A DNA stretch of 64,000 bases from Camelus dromedarius. Taxonomy: Eukaryota. The position numbers were made by a program, and so were the translations under genes. Below are positions 30,346 to 42,169 of this stretch, one piece after another. The notes below the pieces were generated by a model, which worked only from the letters and a program-made list of their open reading frames with translations, had not been told where the DNA came from and searched no databases. The stretch lies in the NCBI RefSeq assembly GCF_036321535.1, contig NC_087444.1:75392001-75456000 (forward strand), given 5' to 3'. Within the stretch, counting starts at the first letter, position 1; each line of letters begins with the position of its first letter.

Positions 30346-31962
30346 ATAACCACCCACCCATACACACACGCACGCACACGGGGCAGCTCTTCTAGCAAAG
30401 TAACAGCTCAGAGTCAAACCGCAGGACTGGGGGCGTCTGAAGGTGATGACAGGGTAGCCCATGTCCTTCTAGAAACTTCTCTTCCCTTGACCGTCCCCAA
30501 GTTCTCCTGTCCCCAGCTCTTTGACTGTGCCCTCCTAGGCCCCCCTGCAGCCTCCTGCTCCTACTCCCGCCACCGCCCAGTGTGGGTTCTCTCGGAGGCT
30601 CCATTCTGTATCTTCTTTTCGGGGGAGCTTCCACACTCCCACAGCTCCAGTGACCACCAATGCTCTGAGAGCATCCCAAATGCCATCTCCAGCCCAGGTG
30701 TCCTCCTGAGCCTTAGCCTTAAATCCTCACATGCTCCCCGCCCTCTCCCAGACCCTAGCCCGCAACCATATCCCAGTTGATCTCAGCATCTTCCACCAAA
30801 ACCAGAAATGACCACATCATCCCACTCAGTTAGTTGGACCAGACCCCCTGGGCACTCTCCTTGCTCTCTTCCTGCCCCTCACTCCACAAAGCCCTTGGAT
30901 CCCTGAGTCCGGTTCCTCCCACCCCCTGAATCTTTCTGGATCCTTTCCTCCATTCCATCTCATGCCCTGGCTCCAGCCCAGCCTTGTCCTGTCTTCCGTC
31001 CCACCTGTTGTGTGGCCAAGATCTCCTCTCACCTCTGGCTTCCCCCATGTGCCCCAGAGGGAGCTTTCTGGTGCTCAGAGAAGATGCTGTCCCTCCCCTG
31101 TTCACCCTCTTCTCTTAGCTCCCTATCACCCACCAGAGACAGAGACAGAGACAGAGACAGACAACTGTTGAGTTAGAGGCACTGACTGCCACCTGTCTCT
31201 CCATCCTCATTTTCCACCAGCTCCACATTCTCCATTCAGCTGCAAAGCACTGTTCTCCATCCTCTGAGAACTTCCACCCTCTCCACGCCTCTGCCTTAGG
31301 GTCCCACTACCTGCATTACCTTCCTTTGGCCCTTGAGAAGTTCTCTGTCTCCTCAGAGAGCTCACCTCCACCCCCCACCCCACCCCACCCCCACGACACA
31401 GCCAGCCCTCCTGCTGTGCCCGCCCTGGGCTCTGCCTGCCCCCACCAGACTTGCAGCCCCTGGTGGGCAGGGTCCGGTCGGACCCACCACAGCACCCCCA
31501 GTGGGAGGCCCCCTCAGAAAGGATGCACTCGGGGAAAGCCAACTGCAGGAGTGAATTTATTAATGAAATGAGCAAGGAGGGCTAAGAGTGAAGGCAAGGG
31601 TGACAAAAGCAGAGAGGGGCGAGAACAAAAGGGATAAAAAGACAAAGGGGAGAGACAAAGGCCAGGGGGAGGGGGGAGAGAGCCCTGGGGCCGAGCCCGA
31701 GCCCACCCCGGCCCCCACTCTGGGTGGGAACACTCTCTGGGTGCCCAGGGTCTCCCACTGTGGAGCTGGTGTGTCGTCAGCTTCTGCTGGGGCTGCATTA
31801 ACCTCGGAATAACTGGGTCCCAGCAAATTTTTGTGGAGTGAACGAAGACACAAAGGAAGGAGGCTGCAGAGCCTGGGAGTGAGGACCGGGAGGAGAACCA
31901 GAGCTTCCCGCGGCTCCTGATGGTGCCTTCAGAGGGCAGGGCCCCAAAGCCATCCACACGGT

Positions 31963-32728
31963 TCACACGCTCTCATAGCCGGGCCGGTGTGCCCCGCAGT
32001 GAGCACCCAGACTCAGGCCACCTGGGGTGGCAGAGAGAAGTTAGAGCCCTTGCCCCTGCCCTGCTCCCTCAGAGCCCCCAGTGGACCCCTTCCCCCCTCC
32101 CCCCGAACTCCCAGGGCAGCAGTCACCTGCACACAGAAAGAGGACAGTTGAAACCCAGCCCAGGTAGAAGGACCAGGAGAAGAAGGACTGGATCTGGGGG
32201 TGTCCAGGCTGGTTCCACCGCTCAATAGTATAGACCACCATGGCCACCATCAAGGAGAGGGCTGGGGGCGGAGACGAGAGAGACAGCTCAGCCCCCCTGC
32301 AGAAACTCCCCAGGTCCCAGTGCCCCAGGTGCAGCCCAGAGCCCTTACCTGCGGCAAAGGCTGTGAAGGTGGAGACCAGGGGGCCACGTCCAGGGGCAGA
32401 CAGTGCGGGGATGCAGGACATCACCAGGAAGCTCACAGAGATCAGGCCCCACAGGGTGGCCAGAATGCAGAAGCTCTGTGTCACGTGGATGTAGCCTGCT
32501 TAGACACAGGACCTCTGAGTGCCTGTCAGCCCTGGCTGTTCCCCACCCCGAGAGAGTTGGCTCCCCCTTACCTGCTATTGAGTCCTGAAGCCCCTTTGGC
32601 CAGAGGCCCGAATGAGATGAAGAGGTGGGCCCCTCGGCAACGAACCAGAAATTTGTGCTCAGAGCAACCAAGATGGACATCAGGCCCAGGGAGCCAGTCA
32701 GCAGGGCCAGGGACCGACAGGGCTCCAT
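31963..32728 (-). CDS. NKG7: Natural killer cell granule protein 7, 165 aa: complement(join(31963..32021,32127..32261,32349..32495,32572..32728))
   Basis: MEPCRSLALLTGSLGLMSILVALSTNFWF...HSGLWP...FFSWSFYLGWVS...RPGYESV*. CDS is 498 nt and intact. Minus-strand AATAAA at 31556-31561. Confidence 0.96.
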
Positions 32729-33944
32729 CGGGTGAGCGCGGGGTTTCTGGGTCCTGGGTGATCAAGAGGCTGGTAATCCAGACTTCTGGGTCTCTGAGAG
32801 AGGAGGAGGCTGTGCCCCCGGACTCCTAGGTCCTCTGAGCTCAAGAAAGAAACCAGCAAGCAGCCGGGGTGGCCTGGGGGCCGGAGCGCCTTAAGACTGG
32901 GCTGGTTTAGCTTTACCCAGTTCCTAGCAGCTGACTCTTGTCACACATCCTCCCTTCCTGGGTTGCATCTACCCCACCCCACCTCCCTGAGGTTCCCCTC
33001 ACAGCGTGTGTGTTGGGGGGAGGGCACTGAAGATGTCACCTCGTCAGTGGTTTGGATGGTGGTTGGAACTTGCCTCTCTGTCTATACAGAAGCCCTAGGA
33101 GCCCTTGGCGGCAGAGGGGGCTTCCTGGAAGAGGTGAGAGAGAGGCTTGGGGGGCCCGGAGGTGAGATGTGGTGAGGCCAGGGTGTGATTGAAATAGGAG
33201 GGGGGGTGTGGCCAGAGGGGACAGTGGGGGATGCATCATGCTTTTCTGTGTGTGGGTTCTGAAACCTTCCATTCTAGGAGATGGGGGTCTCAACTCTATG
33301 GTCTCCACCAAAGGAGGGGGCAAGAGATCAGGATGCCTGGGGCTGAAAGAGGAAGGAGTCAGAGGCTTAGACTCCAGGTTTTGAGGGCAGGGGCCCTCAG
33401 ACTCCCAGATCCATGCTTGCAGCTTGTGCTCAGGGCAGATAAACAGTGATCACAGCTCTAAGAGTTTGTGGAGGGGAAGACGTGCCCACATCCTCCTCTG
33501 ATAAATGAGTTCACAGATAGCTCTGCTTTAAGCGGGGCCTTCAGCTTGGTGGGCTATCACCAAGATCAGGGTTTCTGTGGTCAGGGAGTCGGGATGGGGA
33601 GTAAAGGGTGTCAGGGCTGGATGCTCCAGACCTCCTCCCACACCGGGAGACTGGCCCTGCGAGATCCAATAGGCTGGATCCTCTTTGGTTGGAGACTCTA
33701 GATTGCAGGCCCTCATCCCTCACCCAGATCCTCCCCGAGGGGGTAACTGGCCACTCCTGAAAACATACCTATGAGGACAGGCTCCCAGAAGAGGATCCAG
33801 GTCATGAGCAGCTAAAGCACCATCACAAAAATGGTGGTGGATGTGGCTCCTGTGAGGAGCAGCCAGACAGACTTCAGGAAGTCGGGGCCGTGGGCGTGTG
33901 GTGACAGGAGTCATAGCCCAGAGCCCATCTGCCATCTTGACTTC

Positions 33945-34460
33945 AACCCCAAACCCAGCCCCATCCTGGCTGTGGCTCCAGTCCCATTCTTAGCCCCATC
34001 CCTTTCCTCCAACCCAATCCCATTCTCATTCCCAAACCTAACCCCAGACTCAACCCCATCCTTAACGCCAGCTCCAGCCCCAAACTCAACCTCATCTCAA
34101 TTTCCAAACCTAACCTAACCACTCTTATTCCCAAACCCCAATTCTGAACTCAATCCCACCCTCAACCCCAACACAGCCCATTCCTTAACCCCAACACCAC
34201 CCCCTAATTTAACCCTATCCCTGTCCTCTAACCTAACCCCATTCTTATTCCCAAACTCAACCTGATCCCAAAAACCCAAACTCATCCTCACCCAGACACT
34301 GAACCCTATCTTCATTTCCATCCCCACACCAGATGGCATTTCCAACCCCAGCTCCAGCCCCAGTCCCACACCCACTTCTATCTTCATACTTCTCCCCCAA
34401 CCCATATAATTCCTACCTCAAACTAACCCCCCTCCCACCTTACCCTCCGCCTCTCCATTT
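33945..34460. repeat. Degenerate hexamer (AACCCN) tract
   Basis: Strong 6-nt periodicity, C-rich on the plus strand; produces spurious (GL)n ORFs. Confidence 0.8.
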
Positions 34461-35029
34461 TTATCTGCGTCCCACCTCCAGGTCCAAGTCTCTAGAGGGC
34501 TTAGAGCGGAGGAGGGACATGATTTGAATTATGTTTTAATAAAAATTCCTCTAGATACTGTGTAGAGAGTGGATTGCAAGGGTGGGGGATTGGGGGTGGG
34601 GTGGGTAAGGCAGAGGCAGAGCTGGATAGGAGACTGTGGCAATAAGCCAGGTGACAGCTGATGGCAGCTTGGATCAGGGGTAACTGGGTAACTGTGGTTA
34701 AGCAAAGAGTCAAATATTGAACACATTTTTAAGGTAGAGCCAATACCTTTTGCTGATAAATCAGACATTAAGATGTAACGGAAAGAAAGCAATGGAGGAG
34801 GATGATCCTAATGTTTTTGGCTTGAACAGCTGGCTAAAAATGGAGTTGTTTTTTTTTTTTTTTCTTTTACCATTTACTAAGATGAGGGAGGCTGTGGGAG
34901 GAGCCGATGTGGTGGGTGAAAGAGATCAGGAACTCAGTTTTAGACATGTGAAATTTGAGATGCCTCTTCTTTTCAAGAGGAAATATTGAGTAAGAAGTTG
35001 GAGATAGGAGTCTGGCATAATAAGTGTAA

Positions 35030-35320
35030 CATGATTATTGCTAGAGTAAGCCCCTATAAATACAATGACTCGAATGAACCTCAGTAAATATTTCTACTTA
35101 AATTGTCCTCAATAAATTATAATTACAAGGAGGCCTCCATTCCTATTATTATTAGCAGAAGCCTCTATAAATATAGTATTATTGTTATTTGAGGAGGCCC
35201 CAATAAATATTTCTAGAGAGTAAGCCTCTATTAATATAACAGTTACTAGCATAGGCTGTAGTAAATATTCTTATTATTGGAACTAGCCTTGCTAAAAATG
35301 ATAAGCGTTAGTAAATCTCA
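35030..35320. repeat. AT-rich degenerate tandem repeat (core GCCYCWRTAAATAT)
   Basis: About 8-9 irregular units of 22-35 nt. Confidence 0.55.
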
Positions 35321-35541
35321 TGACGGTTGGCATCAGTTTGTTGGGTGAACTAATGAAAGAGTGGATGAAGAGAAGGTCAAGGTCATGAATGACGGGTGAA
35401 GAGGCAGGTGCAGAAGGAGGTGCAGGTCGGAGTTCCAGTGTCCCTAATTGGAGGAGCCCATCCAGGGAGGGGCCAGGAGCTTGGGAGCCAACTGGAGACG
35501 GCGTGCGTGGGCAGGTAGGTTGTTTTTTTCAAAGGTGTTTT

Positions 35542-36130
35542 TGATACAGGAAAAAGTTGGGTGAGAGGACAGCTACGTCCCAGGTCTCAGTTGAGTCCCT
35601 GGGATGTGCCCCCCGACTTGGCTCCGTGCAGTTAAGAATTCAAGAGCCAGCCACCATTGGGTACAAGTAGATTTATTCGGAGAGAGACATACTCCAGAGA
35701 CAGAGTGCAGGCTGTCTCAGAAAGCAAGAGGAAGGCCAAGTGGCACGGGGTTGGGTGCTTAGCTTAAAGTAACAGTAGATCCACATGCCACCGACAGAGT
35801 GCTGTCCGTCTCAGTCAGAAAGGAGAGCGGCCACCAGGTGTGGAAGCTGTTAGTTTTTATGAGCTCGGCAACTTCACGTGCTAACAAGTGGGAGGGTTAT
35901 TCCAACTACTTTGGAGAGGGGGTGGGGATTCCCAGGAACTGGACCACCACCCACTTTTTGACCTTTTATGACCTGTCATGGCACCTGTGGGAGTGCCATT
36001 TACCATACTAATATATTACAGTGAGTACATAAGGAAGCTCAACTGGAAGTCAAATCTCCCACCATCTTGGTATTAATTGCTGTGTCATTCCTTGAATGTC
36101 TGTAACCCTGTCCCCTCCCTTCCTGTCTCA
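35542..36130 (-). mobile_element. Solo ERV1-type LTR
   Basis: TG...CA termini with 9/10 inverted ends (TGATACAGGA / TCCTGTCTCA), flanking TTTT 4-bp target-site duplication, and a minus-strand AATAAA near 35672. Confidence 0.75.
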
Positions 36131-36154
36131 TTTTCAGTGACTCCATTATCTTAC

Positions 36155-36935
36155 TGTGATATTCTGATTTGGAATAAATATATATTGGGTCTTTGTCCTC
36201 ATTTCTGGCCTGGATCTCCTAAAACTCTTGGTATTTCCTAAGTGCTGAGAGCGGTCAAGGTGTCTTTTGTTATGCCAATGAGGTGACTTTTGGAAAGCCC
36301 CTAGGTAACTGATGGATGGGGCCGGTTGCCAGGGGAACCAACCACACAATTAGAAACTTAGAACTCGCAGTCCCACCTGGTTGAGCTCTTGGGAGGAGAG
36401 AGAGGTTGGAGATTGAGTCCAGTCACCGATGGCCGGTGATTTAATCAATCCTCCTATGTAACGAGTTTTCCATAAAAACCCCCCAAAGGAAAAGGTCCAG
36501 AGAGCTTCCGGGTTGGTGTGCACATGCATTCTGGGGGAGAGTGGCCCCCTTGGAGAGAGCTTGGAAGCTCACACCCCTCCCCACTTCCCTCACTCCATGC
36601 ACGCCTTCTATCTGGCTGTTCTGACTTACATCCTTTTATGTTGAGCTGGTGATCTAGTGGGTGAAATGTTTCTCTGAGTTCTCTGAGCAGCTCTAGCAAA
36701 TTAATTAAGCCCATGGAGGTGGTTGTGGGAGCCTCCAGCCTGTTGCTGGTTGGTCAGAAGCACAGGTGACAAACAGGACCTGTGATTGGTGGCTGAACTG
36801 GGGGGGCTGCGGGGTAGTCTTATCAGTCTGAGTCTTTAACTTGTCTGATCTGACCCCTTCTCCAGGTAGATAGTGTCAGAGTCGAGTTAACTGCTTGGTG
36901 ACGGGAAGAAAACACACACCAGAACTAGACCTACA
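36155..36935 (+). mobile_element. MER21-family LTR
   Basis: tgtgatattctgatttggaataaatatatattgggtctttgtcc...ggttgccaggggaaccaacc...tgatttaatcaatc matches MER21C as recalled. Confidence 0.75.
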
Positions 36936-37396
36936 CATCGGTTTCCTGGAAGTTGAACCTAGGAGGGCAGGGACTGTGTGGTTTACCTCTCTGCCCATCC
37001 CTACTGAAACGGGGCGGGTTGGGCTACTATAATGCAACCACCCCCCACCCCACCTACCACACTCACCCCTGTTTCTCTCCACCCCAGCCTCTCAGGGACC
37101 ACACTTCAATAGTTTCAATCAGTTTTATTAGACTCCAGAAAGTCGTTCTAATGGATAACCCATTTCTCTAACAACCTCCCTGGTGGGTGGGGCTTTGGGT
37201 CTTCTCAACTGCCTCCACCAGGCCCCATTCTTGCTCCTTCCCTCTTGGGACACAGGAGTCAGGGGCCCCCACCCAGAGTCCGGGACCGAGCCCCCTCATG
37301 CCCCTAGGAATCAGGATTTCAGGCCTCTAGACCCTCCCCCTCCTCTTCAGTGACCTCACTTTAACTTCCAGATGAAGTTGGGGCATACATTTGGGC

Positions 37397-40300
37397 TCAG
37401 CGGGGAGTGGACAGGCGCCGACATTCATGCATCCGGTAGGCACACATGTAGAAAATTCCTACATGAGAAGAGACCCCAGTTGACCACCCACCACCCCCCT
37501 CAAGTTCTCCCAGCCCCATTCCCAGCCCAAGACCCCAACACAGCATCCCGTTTCTCCCTGGTGTCCACAGGGCTTAGAGTCTGCCTTCTGGCTCAGTCCT
37601 GGGGGACTCCCCAGTATTTCACCCTCTTAAGTGCTTCCTGCTCTGCCACAGACACTGACCTTGCCACCCCCAAACCCAGTACCTGCAAAGAAGGTCATGA
37701 GCAGGGCTACCCAGCCCAGGATGTAAGACCAGGAAAAGCGCCAGTCCCCAAAGCGGCGACCGAGGAAGCTGACGGTGACTCCAGTGTAAATGGCCAAGGC
37801 CAGCAGGACAAAAAAGGCTGGAGAGAGAGGGCGGGGGGGGGTGTGGGTGGGAAAGGGGTGGATTTGGGTTTAGAGATGAGGGTGGAAATGAGATTGAGAA
37901 GGGGGTACAGGTTGGGTGGGTGTGGGTAGGGATATGGGTAAGGATGGAGGCTGAGTTGGAAGTGGGAGTAAAAATGAATGGGGAGCAGAGCTGGGTGGGG
38001 ATGGGGCAGTGTTGTATTGTGTCACAAAGAACCTGACTGGTCTTTGGCTCCCGGGAGGGAAACTCAATCTTTGGAATTTTCTGAGTAATAGGAGTGTCTT
38101 TTGTTGTTCTTGAGCCTCTTGGATCACACCTGAGTTTATGTTGATGAGCAAAGATGACTCAGGATGGGAGACAATCACCAGAAGACCAACTGTGGGAATA
38201 GAGGGTTAGGGCTTTGAGCCTCCTGGTATCAGTCTAAACTCTGGAGAGGACAGGGGAGCTGGAGATTGAGTTCAGTCACATGACCAATGATTAAATCAAC
38301 CACGTCCTTGTAATGAAACTGCAATAGAAACTCTGAATGCTGAAGTTCACTGGAGCTTCCTGGCTGATGAATGTATGGATGTGCTGGGGGGTGATGTGCC
38401 CAGATTCTGTGGGGAGAGGGCATGGAATCTCCAAGTTCAGGACTCTGTCTGGCTTCATCCTGTGCATCTCTTTAGTTGGCTGGTCTTGAGTTGTATTCTT
38501 TATAATAAAACTGTCATTGCAAGCATCATGCTTTCCTGAGTTCTGTGAGGTGCTCTAGCAAATTTTTTGGAAACTGAGTGGGTCCTGGGAACCCCTGAAT
38601 CTGTAGCCAGTTGATTAAAAGTGCAGGTGGGCTGGGGACCCGACTTGCAGTTGAAGTAGGGGCAGTCTTGTTGGGAACCATGCCTTTAAACCTGTGGGGT
38701 CTGCTGCCAGCTCTGGGTGGTGAGTGCCGGACCTGAATGGCAGTACGCCTCGCTGGTGTCAGAAACGACTAGTATTAGAAATAATCACGAAGTTGTGGTT
38801 GGGTTGGAGGTGGGATTTGGATGCGGGTGGAGTTGAGAGGGAGGAGAAGTAGGGAATGAAAGTGGTGTAGGGGGTGAGGACGGATTGGGGTTGGAGCTGG
38901 GCAGGGAGCTGGGGAGAGGGGTAGGCGTAGGGGGCAATACACTCACTGGAAGCGAAAAACATGATGCCTGCGGAGAAGGGCCGGGAGAGGCGGGTGAAGG
39001 TGGGCTGCTGAGCGAAGGCCATGATGCCCATGACGATGCCGGAGGTGGCACACAGGGAGGACAGGATCATGAAGGCCCGGGTGGCATTCCAGTATGCTGT
39101 GGGAGCACCCCAGGGTCACTGCCATGCCTCCCCCGCCCTCAGTGGTGAACGAGGCTACCTCTGAGGGCAGGGATGCCCTGCCTTTCTGTGTATCCCAGAC
39201 GTAGCTCCTCCTTCGCCTCTGCAAACTCCCTCCTTTTTAAAAACTGGCAATGACTTTGGAAACTTTAAAAACACTATACATATACGTCTTCGGCTGGGTT
39301 TCGCCCCTGGGAAGCAAGCTCAGGACTCCTGCTCTAAGACTGGTGAAAAATTATGCCAGTTATACAATTGATGAGCAAGTCAAACCAGTTGTTTGGACAA
39401 ACACCCAAGAATCAGTCGGGGTGAGTTATGTCACTGAGGTTCTCAGTCTTGTGGTCAAGAAGCTGTCAGATGAACTTGAAGACCTCCATCTGCCGCGCTC
39501 TCTCCCCATCCCCAGCAGAGATAAGACCCTTGGGGGTCTTGGGGATGTCTCTTGGGGGTGTTCCCAGTCTGAAGCAGGAGGAATGGTAGAAGTGTGACAA
39601 GAAAGACAGCCAGAAATGAAAAGGATGTGTAAAGTCAGGCAGACTGCTTTGTGAAGCTGGAGGCCCACCACAAGTCTTTCCACTTCTCCCTGCCTCAGTT
39701 TACCCCAGCAAACAGGAAGGTTTAGGGAGATGAGGTACGCTAAGTCTCCTGCCACAGGCCTGTCACATCACAGGGCTCACCAAGGGTTGGCCACTCCCCC
39801 CAAACCCCCCTCAAGAGAATTGGCTTTCTGAGGTCCAGTAACATGTCTTACTCAAAGACACAACGGGAGCACCCTCTTTGTGTTGCTGGGGCACCAAAGG
39901 GAGTTAATCCAGCCAAAACACTTAGAATAGCACATAAAACACAGTAACAATACATGTCAGTTATTGTTATTATTATTACCGCCACTATTATTGGATACAT
40001 ATAATATAAAACATGATATACTATATATTATTAATTTATTAATGTATTATATAATGTATATTGTATAATATATTATGTAACACACTGTATATCTCTATGT
40101 ATCTCTCTTTCCATATATACATATATTCAGTTGACCCTTGAACAGTATGGGTTTAAACTGCACAAGTCCACTTACATGTGGATTTTTTTCAATAAACACA
40201 TACAATACTACACGATCCGCGGTTGGTTGAATCCCCAGATGAAGAACTGCGGATGTGGAACTGAGAATATGGAACTATGGAAACGGAGGACTGACTGTGT

Positions 40301-41191
40301 GACTTGAGCATCCAGGGGTTTTGGTATCCACTGAGGGTCCTGGAAACAATTTTCTGAAGATACTGAGGGACAATTGTACATATATATAAATATATACCTA
40401 TGTAGAAAGAGGTACATAGAGATATAAAATATATTATAATACTATATATTATATAATACAGATTGCAAGAGCCTTATAATGTAAGTACTTTTTTATCCCC
40501 CTTACAATATATAGTGTAATATATACATGTATGTACCTATATACACATATACATACACACATACACACATATACATATGCACATATATATTACATGGCTT
40601 AGCACACAGCAAGTATTTAAAAATATCTCATCCAGTATTAAGCAAATGTACGGTCCGTATCACTTCTGTATCTGCCTGGTACCTAACAGAGCTCTTGATA
40701 CATTGCAGATATTTAGAAAATGCTGTTCTGACATCCCCAGCCCCAGCTGAACCTGACCTCTATGTTCACCTCTCTACCCAACCTCTAAATCAGTACATCC
40801 TGTAATTGTACTAGGAAAAAAATACTGAAATCCCAATTCTGCACCTTTCATGCTGAGTGACCCTGAGCTGCACCCTTTCCCTCTCTGAGCCACAGGGTTC
40901 TACATTTGCAAAAGAGGTTGCCCTCTGGCTGTGAGGTTCCGCCCTGCAGGAGGCTCTGATTCCAGCCCAGACCCCGCCCCGGAGCCTCACCGATGCTCTC
41001 CGTCTGCAGGTAGCACTTGCTGCCCAGACAGTACCGCCACAGGCCCTGGTGNNNNNNNNNNNNNNNNNNNNNNNNNNNNNNNNNNNNNNNNNNNNNNNNN
41101 NNNNNNNNNNNNNNNNNNNNNNNNNNNNNNNNNNNNNNNNNNNNNNNNNNNNNNNNNNNNNNNNNNNNNNNNNNNNNNNNNNNNNNNNNNN
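37397..41191 (-). CDS. LIM2: Lens intrinsic membrane protein 2 (MP19/MP20): exons complement(37397..37458,37683..37817,38947..39096,40991..within gap)
   Basis: HQGLWRYCLGSKCYLQTESIAYWNATRAFMILS...GRRFGDWRFSWSYILGW...ECRRLSTPR*. The first ~114 coding nt fall in the N gap 41052-41191, whose size is compatible. PolyA signal at ~37124-37129. Confidence 0.93.
38010..38765 (+). mobile_element. MER21-family LTR in a LIM2 intron
   Basis: Alignable by eye to the copies at 36155 and 55055. Confidence 0.72.
40128..40376. mobile_element. Tigger2/MER8-type DNA transposon
   Basis: CAGTTGACCCTTGAACA start and ...GAGGGACAATTG end followed by TA. Confidence 0.75.
40380..40590. repeat. (TA/CA)-rich simple repeat
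   Basis: tatatacacatatacatacacac pattern; a similar AT-rich patch lies at 39960-40120. Confidence 0.75.
41052..41191. other. Assembly gap (N) covering the LIM2 start codon
   Basis: 140 N; other gaps at 8285-8453 and 62421-62568. Confidence 1.
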
Positions 41192-41194
41192 ATG

Positions 41195-41560
41195 AGGTCA
41201 GGAGCTGGAGTCCAGGGTCCTGAGGAAGGAGGGGACTGGGGTCTGGGACATGAGGTCCCAGGGAAAGGAAGAAGCTGGTCACCTGGACCTTGGGTCTGGG
41301 GAGCAGAGGGAGCTAGTGATCTGGACTCCTGAGTCTGGGAGAGGAGATGCTGAGGATCTAGACCCTTGGGTCCTAGGGGAGAAAGGGGTTGGGCGCCTAG
41401 ACTCCTAGGTCCTAAGCCAAGAAAGGGCTGGGCACTGGGATGCTAAGTCTTTGTGGAGAGGAGTGGGCCGGGGGCCTGGACTCCCAGGTCCTATATGAGG
41501 AGGGAGCTAGGGGCTAGGACCCCACCAAGTCCCCGGGAGAGGAAGGAGCTGGAGGACTGG
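41195..41560. repeat. MSR1-like 37-40 bp minisatellite array in LIM2 intron 1
   Basis: About 9 units resembling GAGGGAGGAGGGGCTGGGGGCCTGGACTCCTGGGTCT. Related short arrays occur at ~9270-9400, 11945-12310, 21765-21865, 33310-33410 and 44215-44300. Confidence 0.6.
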
Positions 41561-41603
41561 CCGCCTAGGTCCTGGGGGAGGAGGTCCCGTGCCTGGCACC
41601 TAC

Positions 41604-41720
41604 CTGTGTGACAGAGCCTGACCTGAACCCTCCGTCTGCCTCAGCCCCTCTGTGCAGACTGAGCCTAGCCAGGTCACTGGCCTCTCTGCCTCCCGGGTCC
41701 CCCAAATCCCTTAAGCCTCC
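41604..41720 (-). other. Probable non-coding exon 1 and core promoter of LIM2
   Basis: Donor CAG|GTAGGT at 41604 and a TTAAG TATA-like element near 41710, located between C19orf84 and the LIM2 coding exons. Confidence 0.5.
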
Positions 41721-42169
41721 CCGCACAATGGCCCCACAGCCCAGCAGCTTCCAGCAGGCAGAAGTGCAGTGGTGGCAGAGGCCCCAGATGGAATTTGCTG
41801 AAGCAGGAATCCGGGTGCTCCCTCTCCACAGCCCCTGGCCCCACTGGCCTCTCTCTGTCACCCTCCCAGCGACCCTCCCACCCCCTCTCACAGGCCTCAC
41901 TCACGGCACCCACTAGGTCCGCCCAGCTGTGTAAGCACACACAGACACAAGACATAGGGATGCTCAGCCATTTATTGTTCAAGCCGGTTCCTCACCACCC
42001 CCACCCCCAGGGCAGGAAATGGGGTGAGGGCTGCAGGTGTCTAGAGAGGTTGGGCCAATGGGGTTCTTTGCAGGTGGGGTCACCAGGCATGTCACACTTG
42101 GGACAGGAAGGAGGTTGTGGACCAGGTGGGGCTGGCAAGCGTTGAAGACCGGGGAGGGGGTGTTTGGGG

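Noticed and set aside
31963-31977. NKG7 terminal YESV
   Set aside because: Equivalent to the human YETL sorting motif as recalled; not novel.
33943-34405. (GL)n/(GM)n-rich ORFs
   Set aside because: By-product of the hexamer repeat; no splice or Kozak support.
41052-41191. LIM2 lacking a start codon
   Set aside because: The assembly gap is the right size to hold the missing 5' coding sequence.
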